From: Candidatus Bathyarchaeota archaeon
GTDB taxonomy: Archaea; Thermoproteota; Bathyarchaeia; 40CM-2-53-6
DNA length: 64,000 bases
Direction: 5' to 3'
NCBI GenBank assembly: GCA_963733055.1
Contig: CAVTBR010000001.1
Span: forward strand, 256,001 to 320,000
This document shows, piece after piece, positions 1 through 9,124 of this stretch (position 1 is its first letter; each line of letters begins with the position of its first letter). The position numbers were made by a program, and so were the translations under genes. The notes below the pieces were generated by a model that worked only from the letters and a program-made list of their open reading frames with translations, was not told the origin of the DNA and did no database searches.

Positions 1-127
1 TTCTAATGATTCCCGCCGCCGCGTCCAGAGTATCGACTATCACAGTTTCCGGTGGAATGATTGAGATAACCGGTTTTACGTCTGGAGAGAAGAAGTATTG
101 CACGTTATCTGCGGTCAGCTTCTTCAT
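1..127 (-). CDS. Acetamidase/formamidase family protein, N-terminus (runs off window edge)
   Basis: Manual translation from ATG at 127: MKKLTADNVQYFFSPDVKPVISIIPPETVIVDTLDAAAGIIR, resembling the FmdA/AmdA N-terminus (F-S-P-x3-P-V...T-x-D-A-x-x-G). Confidence 0.6.
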   Translation of the reverse strand, partial: MKKLTADNVQYFFSPDVKPVISIIPPETVIVDTLDAAAGIIR

Positions 128-172
128 TTAAGAAATCGGCTGGACTCACGTAAACAAACATTTAACGCTTGT

Positions 173-1012
173 CTATAATACCATTGATTTTCGCACGTGC
201 GAAGCTGATCTCGTAGCGCTGACCCTTGCGCGGGAGTAATTCTTGGAAACTGACCAGAGCCTTTCGAATAAAGCATAAATTCCTCCTATGAACCGAGGGT
301 TGTTAGTGAAGAGATCTAATTCCTTCAGTCTCGGATTGCTATCCTCGTCGATTCGATCAAAGATGGGGCCAAAGAACATTTGCTCTTTGTCTATAATGTC
401 AGCATAAAACAAGACATTCTTTGAAAGTCGAACCTGCGCATATCTAGACAAGATATTTGCAGCCTTGATGTTGGATTTATCGATCTCAGTGATCAAACGA
501 ACGTTGACGTTTCTCTTCCTTGCAGATATGATTGCCTCAGCTATTCCGCGTTCTACAGACTTCGAAAAACCATATTTGCCCGAAATGCCTGCATAATCGT
601 TTTTTGCTAGGGCTAGCGTTTTGATGAATCGTTGGTCTAATTGAACCCTATTAATCAGACTTATGTGATTGAACTTTGGATTAACTTGAACATTCCGCGA
701 TAAAGATCTAATCAAATCATCCTTACTTGTCTCTAGGCTAGCACAGGTATCCCGCAATTGCTTGATCATTAGAGGTAACGCTACCGCTGGTAGAGTCGCA
801 GTGAAAGTTGAAGGCCACGATAGGTTACGCTGCACCAGACCCTTCGTCGAAAGTTCACGGAGGACCCGATAAACTTCGGGCCTAGCAATTCCTAACGCAG
901 TGCCAATTTGAGGTGCCTTGAGCGTTCCGAAGCGGATAAGCGCAAGGTAAATTCTAGCTTGTAGTAATGTTAGTCCGAACTTCATTATTTCTTGTGCTTC
1001 TTCGTGGGACAA
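173..1012 (-). CDS. TrmB-family transcriptional regulator
   Basis: N-terminal FGLTLLQARIYLAL...IARPEVYRVLRELSTKGLV wHTH; C-terminal ARKRNVNVRLITE / IIDKEQMF PLD-like effector domain. Confidence 0.85.
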   Translation of the reverse strand: MSHEEAQEIMKFGLTLLQARIYLALIRFGTLKAPQIGTALGIARPEVYRVLRELSTKGLVQRNLSWPSTFTATLPAVALPLMIKQLRDTCASLETSKDDLIRSLSRNVQVNPKFNHISLINRVQLDQRFIKTLALAKNDYAGISGKYGFSKSVERGIAEAIISARKRNVNVRLITEIDKSNIKAANILSRYAQVRLSKNVLFYADIIDKEQMFFGPIFDRIDEDSNPRLKELDLFTNNPRFIGGIYALFERLWSVSKNYSRARVSATRSASHVRKSMVL

Positions 1013-1047
1013 GTAGTAACGGCTCCTGCTAACAAGTGCTTATGTGT

Positions 1048-1066
1048 GGATTGTAACTTACAATCC
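1048..1066. promoter_or_regulatory. Perfect 19-bp palindrome GGATTGTAA-C-TTACAATCC between divergent trmB-like and parB-like genes
   Basis: 9-bp perfect arms read directly; immediately 5' of TATA-like TTTATA (1069-1074). Confidence 0.7.
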
Positions 1067-1102
1067 TATTTATACGGTGGTCGCTAAGATACGCAGGGTG
1101 CA

Positions 1103-1903
1103 GTGCAGGAAGACCAAAGTATTGTAGCTCTCCAACTTGACCAACTCAAGTTTCCGTCCATTACCTTAAGGCCGGTAAATGAGAAACTGGTTGTCGAGCT
1201 AGCTAGGTCTATTGAAAACACAGGACTTCTACAACCAATTGTTGTGCGAAGACAAAATGCGGATTACGAAGTCGTATTCGGAAATCATCGGGTTGAAGCG
1301 TGTAAACGCTTAGGAATGAAATGGATAAACTCACTAATTATCTCATTCACCGACGAGGATGCTTTCTTAGCGCGTATATCGGAGAACATTCTCAAGAATA
1401 CGCATGTGGATCCCTTGGAGGAGGCGAGAGGATACAGGATGCTAATTGAAAAGGGATGGACGGTCAACTCGATTGGTAAAAAAGTAGGGAAATGTGACAG
1501 CTACATCAGCGAGAGGTTGGCCCTACTGGACAATCTCCCTCGAAAAATCCGGTCAGATGTTAGAAGTGGTTTCTTGACTCCAAGTCATGCAGAGCTACTT
1601 TCGAGGATTCATGATGCAGATAGGCAAAGCGCTATCGCCGAGTTGGTCAAGAACAAAAAGTTGAGCGTACGATCGCTAGAGAACTTACTGAAAAAAACAC
1701 CGCACCCTGTCAAGACAGAGGTGTGTTGTTTGCCGAACGAGTGCACTCTAAAAATTCCTCCACAGTTTGCGGAAGCCATGGGCTTAGGAATGGGTAAGGG
1801 AGTCTTCATGTACATGCAGGGACGAAAATTAGTAATTGAGGCCACGCGTGCAACACGGGGTGGCAACAGCCAGTTCGAACACAGAAACCAACCGTACGAA
1901 TAG
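1103..1903 (+). CDS. ParB/RepB/Spo0J family protein with C-terminal AbrB/SpoVT-like domain
   Basis: GLLQPIVVR...YEVVFGNHRVEA ParB N-domain, ISEN/DPLEEARGY, HTH, then LKIPPQFAEAMGL...GRKLVIE swapped-hairpin signature. Confidence 0.85.
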   Translation: MQEDQSIVALQLDQLKFPSITLRPVNEKLVVELARSIENTGLLQPIVVRRQNADYEVVFGNHRVEACKRLGMKWINSLIISFTDEDAFLARISENILKNTHVDPLEEARGYRMLIEKGWTVNSIGKKVGKCDSYISERLALLDNLPRKIRSDVRSGFLTPSHAELLSRIHDADRQSAIAELVKNKKLSVRSLENLLKKTPHPVKTEVCCLPNECTLKIPPQFAEAMGLGMGKGVFMYMQGRKLVIEATRATRGGNSQFEHRNQPYE

Positions 1904-2233
1904 AACCCTTCAACTGGGAAACCAACAACATAAACGATTGCACATACACGAGGGAATTTGCCAGTGCTCCCTCAGGTTTCTGTCAGATAGGAGCGCGACA
2001 GGCTTCGAACTAGTTCGTTTGAGTTAGATTTTTCATATAAGGACATCGAAGGGTGGAGGTAGGACTGCGACATTTAGTAACGGAAAAACCTGGCAGTTTC
2101 GCGATGCTCCGACGACATTCAGTAATGGCAATTACCCACAAATCGCCGACAGGGAGTCTTGGACACGACAGTTACTAATGTGGATGAAAGCGTAGTCTGA
2201 ATTTAATATTCAAGATAGAGGAAAAGAGTTCCT

Positions 2234-2642
2234 ATGGCCTCTGTTCAAGTCAGATATATTGTGCACAACGTAGACTCTGCAATAGACTTCTATTGTAAAC
2301 ACCTTGGCTTCAATGAGGTTATGCATCCCGCTCCAGCATTTGCCATGCTCTCCAGGGGTGACCTTCGACTTGTGCTTAGCGCCCCGAACCCCCGGATCAG
2401 GTGGAGGCCAACCCATGCCGGATGGCAGGAAACAGGAGCCCGGCGGTTGGAATCGTTTCGCGGTCGAAGTCGATGATCTCGCGGCCACGGTCGAAATTAT
2501 GCGGAAGGCCGGCGTCCATTTCAGAAATGACATCATAACCGGCGTGGGCGGAAAACAGATCCTGGCCGAGGACCCTTCAGGTAATCCCGTCGAGCTGTTC
2601 GAACCGATCCTTCCTGAGGCTCGGCTACAACCGAAAAAGTGA
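2234..2642 (+). CDS. VOC/glyoxalase family protein, frameshifted near 2390
   Basis: ORF 2234 (VRYIVHNVDSAIDFY) joins the frame of ORF 2304 (GGWNRFAVEVDDL...EDPSGNPVELFEP) at a C-run around 2389-2393. Confidence 0.8.
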
Positions 2643-2762
2643 CGGACAACCCTCTTCACCCGGCAAAGTCGTTGGCTCAATAGAAGAGGCTCTTGTTAAT
2701 GGGAAGCCTGTCACTCTTCCCATGAGTGTTCGGATTACGGAGTAACGTGTCGAGGCAGGAAC

Positions 2763-3173
2763 ATGAAAGAATATGCAGTAAAGCCCATCGGGTTCATTCG
2801 ATCGCCGATTAAGAACCGAAAGGACGCACCACGATTCTACACGGAGGGAGCGCCCAACGCCGTTTTGGAGTTGATTCCTAAATACAGAGACGGTTTGGAT
2901 CAAATGAAAGTTGGAGACGAAGTCATCGTGATTACATGGCTTCATCGCGCCCACAGGAGGATTCTAAAGGTCCACCCTAGAGGCGACTCGTCTCGCCCGC
3001 TTACGGGCGTCTTCATGACTAGATCACCTGATCGCCCGAACCCGCTGGGTCTTCATCGAGCAAAAGTATTGGAGATAAACGCAAATAGTCTCCTTATCGG
3101 CCCCATCGAGGCTATCGACGGAACCCCAGTCGTCGACATAAAGCCCGTAGTCGAACACGCAAGCGATTCTTAG
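2763..3173 (+). CDS. tsaA: TsaA/TrmO (YaeB-like) tRNA methyltransferase family protein
   Basis: KPIGFIRSP, GVFMTRSPDRPNPLGL, EAIDGTPVVDIKP motifs. Confidence 0.9.
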   Translation: MKEYAVKPIGFIRSPIKNRKDAPRFYTEGAPNAVLELIPKYRDGLDQMKVGDEVIVITWLHRAHRRILKVHPRGDSSRPLTGVFMTRSPDRPNPLGLHRAKVLEINANSLLIGPIEAIDGTPVVDIKPVVEHASDS

Positions 3174-3238
3174 CCTAATTGTAGGTCTTTCACCAAAAGT
3201 GGTATGCAGGGCGGAAACGATCTCCGCCCACGGCGAGC

Positions 3239-3319
3239 TTAAGCTACCTGTTCCTCTTGTCTAACGTTCTTGTCGTGCTCAGAATCTAACCTCATCCGAA
3301 CTTTGCGTTTCTTACCCAA
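3239..3319 (-). CDS. Putative 26-aa small basic protein MGKKRKVRMRLDSEHDKNVRQEEQVA
   Basis: TTG start with GGAGGTG SD 8 nt upstream and TTAAAT box about 50 nt upstream; below the ORF-track cutoff. Confidence 0.45.
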   Translation of the reverse strand: MGKKRKVRMRLDSEHDKNVRQEEQVA

Positions 3320-3480
3320 ACCTCAAACACCTCCGTTCTTGTCCTGGGAATAAGTTGTGTCCTAAGTGCATTTAACCTGGCTTGGAGAGAAAGTCGGAAA
3401 GCGTAATTATACCGCATTTCTACTCAGTAGAATCTCTGCTTAGTGGAACAGTAGACGGTGGATGATTTTTATGGGCATCA

Positions 3481-4346
3481 TCAGCCGCTTACAAGGGAAC
3501 GCGCGAGCAAGAATACGTTGCTCTTGTGCTCGCGGATTCTCCGAACGGAGTATCCCCACCATCCTTTTCCAAAGGGTATGTAATCGCTGACCCTGTATCC
3601 AGCAGTTGTGCGAGTTCAATCTTCTTCTTGTCCCTAATCCCCATCAACATCTCAAACTCGAAATCTACTTGCCGAGCCTTACTCAGTTCCGCTGCTTCCT
3701 CAATCAATTTCTCATGATGCGTGGCAATAGCGAAACCTTGCCCTCGTTCAAACATCACTCGCATCAGCTTTGAGAAATTCTCGTTAATCTGATTCTTCCG
3801 TTTGAAAGCGATCGTTGGGCTCTCGTTGTAGGCGCCTTTAACTAATCTTATCATTCCCTTGGCGTCAAGGATTCGGTTGACGTCTTCTTCGCTTCTCTTC
3901 AAGTACGCTTGGATTGCGACCCCGACATTGTCAAATTTCTTCCTAAATTCCAGGTACGAATCGATGGTATTCGTTGTGTATGGGGATCCTTCGATATCGA
4001 TCCATACGAAGTTCCCGAGTGATTTCGCGGCCACCAGAATATTGCTCAAATTTTCCTCGTAGAGCTTCCTGTTGATACTCAGACCGAGCTGAGTTGGTTT
4101 GATTGAAATGCAGCTTCGAATCTTCCGTGCTTCGATTGCTTTCAGGATCTCTAGATACTCTGTTGTGGCTGCAGCAGTTTCCTCCCTTGTCTCATGCTCC
4201 TCTCCAAGAAGATTTATGATTCCCAGCATCTTCTCGGCGTTCGCTTGTTCAGCGCGCTCCAATGCCTCCTGGTAGGTCTCACCGGCTATCCAATGTTTGG
4301 CAATTTGGAATAACAGACCACTCCACAGAGTTGCCAAATTAGTCAC
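3481..4346 (-). CDS. Proline dehydrogenase (monofunctional), frameshift near 3600
   Basis: ISIKPTQLGL, VWIDIE, VAIQAYLKRS, RLVKGAY, ATH, FEMLMG; the C-terminal YIPFG..W.GYSVRRI.E motif is in another frame ending at TGA 3481. Confidence 0.9.
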
Positions 4347-4560
4347 CGCTCAGGCCCATGAGGCCGTCCCGAATAAAGTTGATTAGCATTTCTTGCCGCA
4401 GACAACATCCATTCTATGTGAAGCAGACCAGTGTGTGAAGAGGCAAAGTAGGTTCTCCCAACGGTTGAACCTTTCAGGGTTCTTGGCGAATAGATAACGC
4501 GTCGCCTATGTCCGTACGCCGCCAAAGAAATTATAACTCCCAATTGCGCATTCGAGAAAC

Positions 4561-5955
4561 GTGGATCCGAACGCGTTTTCTGAAGCTGACGTATCAGACC
4601 TGAAAGCGAATTTGCGCGGAGAAGTCGTTCTCCCTCAAGACGCAAGCTACGATCAAGTGAGGAAGATCTGGAACGGAATGATCGACAGACGCCCCCTAGC
4701 TATTGTAAGAGCGTTCGGCGCCAGCGACGTGATGAAGGCCGTCAAGTTTGCACGTCAACATCAACTCCCCTTGTCCGTGCGTGGCGGCGGGCACAACGTT
4801 GCCGGCAACGCTGTGTGCGACAATGGATTGATGATCGATCTGTCCCGGATGAGGAGCATAAGAGTCGAGCCGAAGAAGAGTCGGGTTCGAGTGGAGCCGG
4901 GGCTCACGTGGGGAGAATTCGACCGCGAGACTCAGACTTTCGGCCTCGCAACGACTGGGGGGTTAGTTTCCACAACCGGAGTCGCAGGGTTCACGCTCGG
5001 CGGTGGAGTAGGATGGCTCGTACGCAAATATGGCCTCGCAGCGGACAACTTAACCTCAGTGGACGTAGTGACCGCAGACGGCGAGCTTCTGACCGCAAGC
5101 ACAACTGGAAACTCTGATCTTTTCTGGGGAGTACGAGGCGGTGGCGGCAACTTTGGAGTTGTGACTTCTTTCGAATTGCAACTGCACCCTGTCGGTCCAA
5201 TTGTGTTAGGCGGGTTGCTTGCGCACCATGCTAGGGATGGACGCGAACTGTTGAGATTCTACAGAGAGTTCATCAAAGACACGCCAAACGAACTTACGAC
5301 GTTGGCGGTCTATCTTACAGCGCCCCCAGCTCCATTTCTCCCAACCGAGGTTCATGGCAAGCATTTGATGGCCATAGCCCTGTGTTATGCTGGGAAGATC
5401 GAGGAAGGAGAGAAACTGCTGGACCCGCTGAGGAAATTCGGTAAGCCCGTAGTCGACCATATCCAACCCATGCCCTATACTGTCCTCCAGTCGATGTTCG
5501 ACCAGTCGGCTCCACCAGGTGTTCAGAATTACTGGAAGTCTTCCTACATCAACGGCCTTACGGACACGGCGATCGACACGCTTCTGGAATGCGGCGCAAA
5601 GATAACGTCTCCTATGTCCGCCATTCACATCCACCAGCTAGGAGGAGCAATAACGTCGATTGCAGAAGACGCTACAGCCTTCAGTCACCGCAACGCGCCA
5701 TTCATAGTCAACCTTGTGTCGACGTGGCAGGACCCACGAGAGAACCAGAAGCATATCGCTTGGACGAGAAACTCCTTTGCCGCGATAGAGCCATTCGCAA
5801 TGGGAGCCTACGTGAACTTCATGGGCGAAGAGGGTGATGAGAGGGTGGTGGCGGCGTACGGAGAAAAGAAGTTCAAACAGCTTGCCTCACTCAAGAAGAA
5901 GTATGACCCGACCAACCTATTCCGTTTGAATCAGAACATCAAACCACTCAACTGA
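4561..5955 (+). CDS. FAD-binding oxidoreductase (VAO/berberine-bridge family)
   Basis: VRGGGHNVAG covalent-FAD motif, GGGGNFGVVT, C-terminal YVNF...KKKYDPTNLFRLNQNI. Confidence 0.95.
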   Translation: MDPNAFSEADVSDLKANLRGEVVLPQDASYDQVRKIWNGMIDRRPLAIVRAFGASDVMKAVKFARQHQLPLSVRGGGHNVAGNAVCDNGLMIDLSRMRSIRVEPKKSRVRVEPGLTWGEFDRETQTFGLATTGGLVSTTGVAGFTLGGGVGWLVRKYGLAADNLTSVDVVTADGELLTASTTGNSDLFWGVRGGGGNFGVVTSFELQLHPVGPIVLGGLLAHHARDGRELLRFYREFIKDTPNELTTLAVYLTAPPAPFLPTEVHGKHLMAIALCYAGKIEEGEKLLDPLRKFGKPVVDHIQPMPYTVLQSMFDQSAPPGVQNYWKSSYINGLTDTAIDTLLECGAKITSPMSAIHIHQLGGAITSIAEDATAFSHRNAPFIVNLVSTWQDPRENQKHIAWTRNSFAAIEPFAMGAYVNFMGEEGDERVVAAYGEKKFKQLASLKKKYDPTNLFRLNQNIKPLN

Positions 5956-5999
5956 CATCTGCTAGCATGAACCGGGACGAATAGGTATCCTCAGACAAT

Positions 6000-6710
6000 C
6001 TAGCCTGGCACGGGCGTAGGTGTCCCGGTCTGGTGGACATGTAATACTTTGAATCCAAATTGGACCGCTGGCCCAATCGCAATCGCGGCGATCAGGGTTC
6101 CCAGCCAGGCAGGTCCGCCCAAAAGCCAACCTACTGCAACAACTGTGATCTCTATGCATGTTCGGGCCACGCGCACGCTAATCTTCCCGACGCACGACAG
6201 GGCGAGCATTAGAGTGTCTCGGGGGCCCGCGCCCGCGTCTACTCCGATGTATATGGCGGTTGCAAACCCCATGGCCAATGTCCCAAGGAGTAGGTACAGC
6301 AATTGGACGGGAAGTAGGTGTGGGATTGATGGGACGTAGGGTTTCATGGCATCTACCCACAGGCCAATGAAGATCATGTTTGCGACAGTGCCCCACCCGA
6401 GCGGTTCTCTGAAAGCAATATCGACTAAAATGACTAGGAAAGCCACGACGATGCTTGACTCTCCGAGAGTGAGAGGCGCATGGTATGTTAGGGCCATTTG
6501 AAGAACGTCCCAAGAGTCAAGGCCTGTGCTTGCTTGAACTATGATGTCGATAGCTATGCCGAAGAGCAGGAAGCCTACCTGGATGACGAGGAAATCGCGA
6601 GCAAGTCTTCTCCAACCCTTCCATTGACCCCTAATGAATAGCGTGCTCAATGGCTCGTTCCCCAGTAAGACACTCGGTATGGGCGCCCTAATGGGGTCGC
6701 GTGATATCAA
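6000..6710 (-). CDS. YczE/YitT-family membrane protein
   Basis: GLDSWDVL, GWGTVAN, GAGPRDTLM, GGPAWLGT repeats and TM helices; start uncertain. Confidence 0.8.
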   Translation of the reverse strand: MISRDPIRAPIPSVLLGNEPLSTLFIRGQWKGWRRLARDFLVIQVGFLLFGIAIDIIVQASTGLDSWDVLQMALTYHAPLTLGESSIVVAFLVILVDIAFREPLGWGTVANMIFIGLWVDAMKPYVPSIPHLLPVQLLYLLLGTLAMGFATAIYIGVDAGAGPRDTLMLALSCVGKISVRVARTCIEITVVAVGWLLGGPAWLGTLIAAIAIGPAVQFGFKVLHVHQTGTPTPVPG

Positions 6711-6728
6711 GCTGAGAAATTCAACGTT

Positions 6729-7223
6729 TTATGCGCGTACTTTGGGCAACCATTTGCCCGTTTGCCGCTCATACATTTTGTATCGGTCACCGAATTTGGT
6801 CTCTAACAGTCGTTCCTCGTATGTTGCTATGTGGTCGTAGAAAACGAAAATTCCAACTACCAAGCATAGTGAGACGAGTGAAGCGGTGGCTATCGATAGG
6901 GCGAGGTAGAATAGAACACTAGCTAGGTAGATGGGATGGCGTACATACCTGAAAGCTCCGGCCGTCATGACGTTAGTGGGCCGCTGTTCTTGGCTGACAA
7001 TAACGTGGGCCGACTTCAGTAGCAACAGGGCGGCTACAAAGATTGAGGCGAATGCAAGGATCCGAATGGATAGGGGCGTGTAGTTGGATGGGAATGTCGA
7101 TGCGTGCAGGATGAAGGAGTCGGTGACCCAAACGACGAGAAAAACTACGAGGGAGATCTTCTGTCCACTATGACTCAGTGGGTGTTCCCCCTCGTCGTTC
7201 GCGTGGGAGGTGTGGTCATGCAA
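6729..7223 (-). CDS. Isoprenylcysteine carboxyl-methyltransferase/PEMT family membrane protein
   Basis: GAFRYVRHPIY and EERLLETKFGDRY motifs. Confidence 0.85.
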   Translation of the reverse strand: MHDHTSHANDEGEHPLSHSGQKISLVVFLVVWVTDSFILHASTFPSNYTPLSIRILAFASIFVAALLLLKSAHVIVSQEQRPTNVMTAGAFRYVRHPIYLASVLFYLALSIATASLVSLCLVVGIFVFYDHIATYEERLLETKFGDRYKMYERQTGKWLPKVRA

Positions 7224-7352
7224 GGTTGGCGATCCTCGACAATTTTGATTTTGAGTTACTCAGTGCTTCAAGAAAGCGCTCGCAAGCTGGGCAGATGAAT
7301 GTGCCCTCGAACCCAGCCGCCAAGCTAAGTTGATCGAGGCCCTTGTGTGCGG

Positions 7353-7949
7353 TTAATCTTGATCCGCTCCTTTCTGCAGCTTTTTCGTGATCTCTCGGAT
7401 TTGTTTCGCCACTTCATCCAGATCTCTCTTAGTTGAGTCGAGTAGTTTTTTCGAATGTTGCTTTCTCAGTTCGTGGTGCAGGCCCCTTGTAGCTTTGAAT
7501 AGTTCTCTGGGGGTTCTGCCTGTTTCTCCGGCGTATTCTCGGTGGTGGCCGTACCAGGCTCCTCCGAAGTGTTCGAGGTGTTTGTTGATTTCTTCTCTGG
7601 ATTTTGTCTCGGTTTCCAGGAACGTTTTACCTTCTTCGGTCAAAGTATAGCGTCTAATGCCGGGTTCTTCCTGTTCCGCCTCCTTGATGTACTTCTGATC
7701 CTGCAGCCACGATAGCAGGGGGTAGATGGATCCTGGGCTTGGTTTCCAGTAACCTTCGGTTTCACTTTCCAGTTCGGTCATGATTTCGGAACCCGACATG
7801 GGTTTCTGGCTGACTTTTTTCAGGAGTTCGTATCGGAGGAATCCCTTCGGCACCATAGCCGAGTGTTGCATCCACCGCCTCCTCCATGGCCCGTGCCTGT
7901 GGTGCATCCTTCCCCCGGTTGGGGTTTCCGTTTCGTATTCTTCATCCAT
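7353..7949 (-). CDS. PadR-family transcriptional regulator
   Basis: KPMSGSEIM...WKPSPGSIYPLL...RRYTLTEEG. Confidence 0.92.
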   Translation of the reverse strand: MDEEYETETPTGGRMHHRHGPWRRRWMQHSAMVPKGFLRYELLKKVSQKPMSGSEIMTELESETEGYWKPSPGSIYPLLSWLQDQKYIKEAEQEEPGIRRYTLTEEGKTFLETETKSREEINKHLEHFGGAWYGHHREYAGETGRTPRELFKATRGLHHELRKQHSKKLLDSTKRDLDEVAKQIREITKKLQKGADQD

Positions 7950-7960
7950 TCCTTATCGCC

Positions 7961-7996
7961 TACGATATCGTTAACGATATCACTTACGATACATAA
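7961..7996. promoter_or_regulatory. Three tandem 12-bp ACGATA-core repeats, probable PadR operator
   Basis: tacgatatcgtt / aacgatatcact / tacgatacataa directly upstream of the padR start; the first copy contains the palindrome ACGATATCGT. Confidence 0.6.
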
Positions 7997-8188
7997 ACAT
8001 TACCACCCCAACCCAAAACATGAACAAGCAAACCACCCCGGCCCGCCCGCGCCATAGAAAACTACGCCCCCCAAGGGGTCACCGGCGGAAAAAGTCACAC
8101 ACAACCAACCCTAATCCAAAGAACATCCTCACTCCGAACCTTCACGCAAGCTCTATTTGGAAGCGGAAACTTGCGTTGCTAGAACACA

Positions 8189-9106
8189 ATGAAACGAAAC
8201 CATCCCCCGCTGACTCTCAGGGCACTTTCCTTTGAGGCCGGAGCCCTAGCCATCATCGCCGTCATCATCCTCGCAGCCGCATTCTCCCTCGCATATCGCC
8301 CACTCGCCCCGAACATTTCACAAGCAACCACAACATCCCAGCCGAACACCGAACCCAGCCAACTCCCAGCCATGAACCAACAACCAACCAGCCGTGAGGT
8401 ATGGGTTCAGTGGACGAAAGGCCAGTCAGGGCAAGACAGGTTCAGCGGGAACTACATAATCGTCAACCAAGGGGACACGGTAAAGCTCACTTTCACCAAC
8501 AACGACACGGTGATCCACAACTTCGTCATAGGGGCACCCTACAACATAGAAGTGAACGCTTCAGTTCCAGGCTTATACAACGACCTAACCGGCGCGAAAG
8601 TTACAGGTCCAGCAACCAACAACTCGCCTGGAGTAGCGGTGACCGGTAGCCCCGGGAGCGTTACCGCGCGCTATACCTTCATAGCCCAATACGCAGGAAT
8701 ATACGAGTTCGTCTGCACCTACCACGTCACAATCGGAATGTTTGGCTACCTAGTCGTACTACCCAACGCTGCCTACCAATCAACAAACACAACTCTATCG
8801 ACAACACCCACAAGCCCCGCAACCTCTCAAGTGAGCATCCTCCCAGGCGCAGCCTACCCCAACTCAACCGGGTTCTCACCGCCCACCATAACCGTCGTCG
8901 TTGGGGTGAACAACACGGTACGATGGACGAACAACGACACCGCACCACACACTGTCACCGCCTCCGACCATAGCTTCGACTCAGGCAACCTCAACCCTGG
9001 TGACACTTGGACCTACACGTTCAACACACCGGGCACGTACACTTACGTCTGCACTTATCATCCGTGGATGAAAGGCACAGTAATTGTCGTATCCCCAACA
9101 ACCTAA
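8189..9106 (+). CDS. Membrane-anchored protein with two cupredoxin domains
   Basis: N-terminal TM; HNF...CTYHVTIGM and PHTV...CTYHPWM type-1 copper ligand sets. Confidence 0.88.
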   Translation: MKRNHPPLTLRALSFEAGALAIIAVIILAAAFSLAYRPLAPNISQATTTSQPNTEPSQLPAMNQQPTSREVWVQWTKGQSGQDRFSGNYIIVNQGDTVKLTFTNNDTVIHNFVIGAPYNIEVNASVPGLYNDLTGAKVTGPATNNSPGVAVTGSPGSVTARYTFIAQYAGIYEFVCTYHVTIGMFGYLVVLPNAAYQSTNTTLSTTPTSPATSQVSILPGAAYPNSTGFSPPTITVVVGVNNTVRWTNNDTAPHTVTASDHSFDSGNLNPGDTWTYTFNTPGTYTYVCTYHPWMKGTVIVVSPTT

Positions 9107-9124
9107 CAACATAGAAGAATCCGA

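Noticed and set aside
1991-2014. Weak tRNA T-arm-like sequence GAGCGCGACAGGCTTCGAACTAGT
   Set aside because: T-stem mismatched and no other tRNA arms; insufficient support
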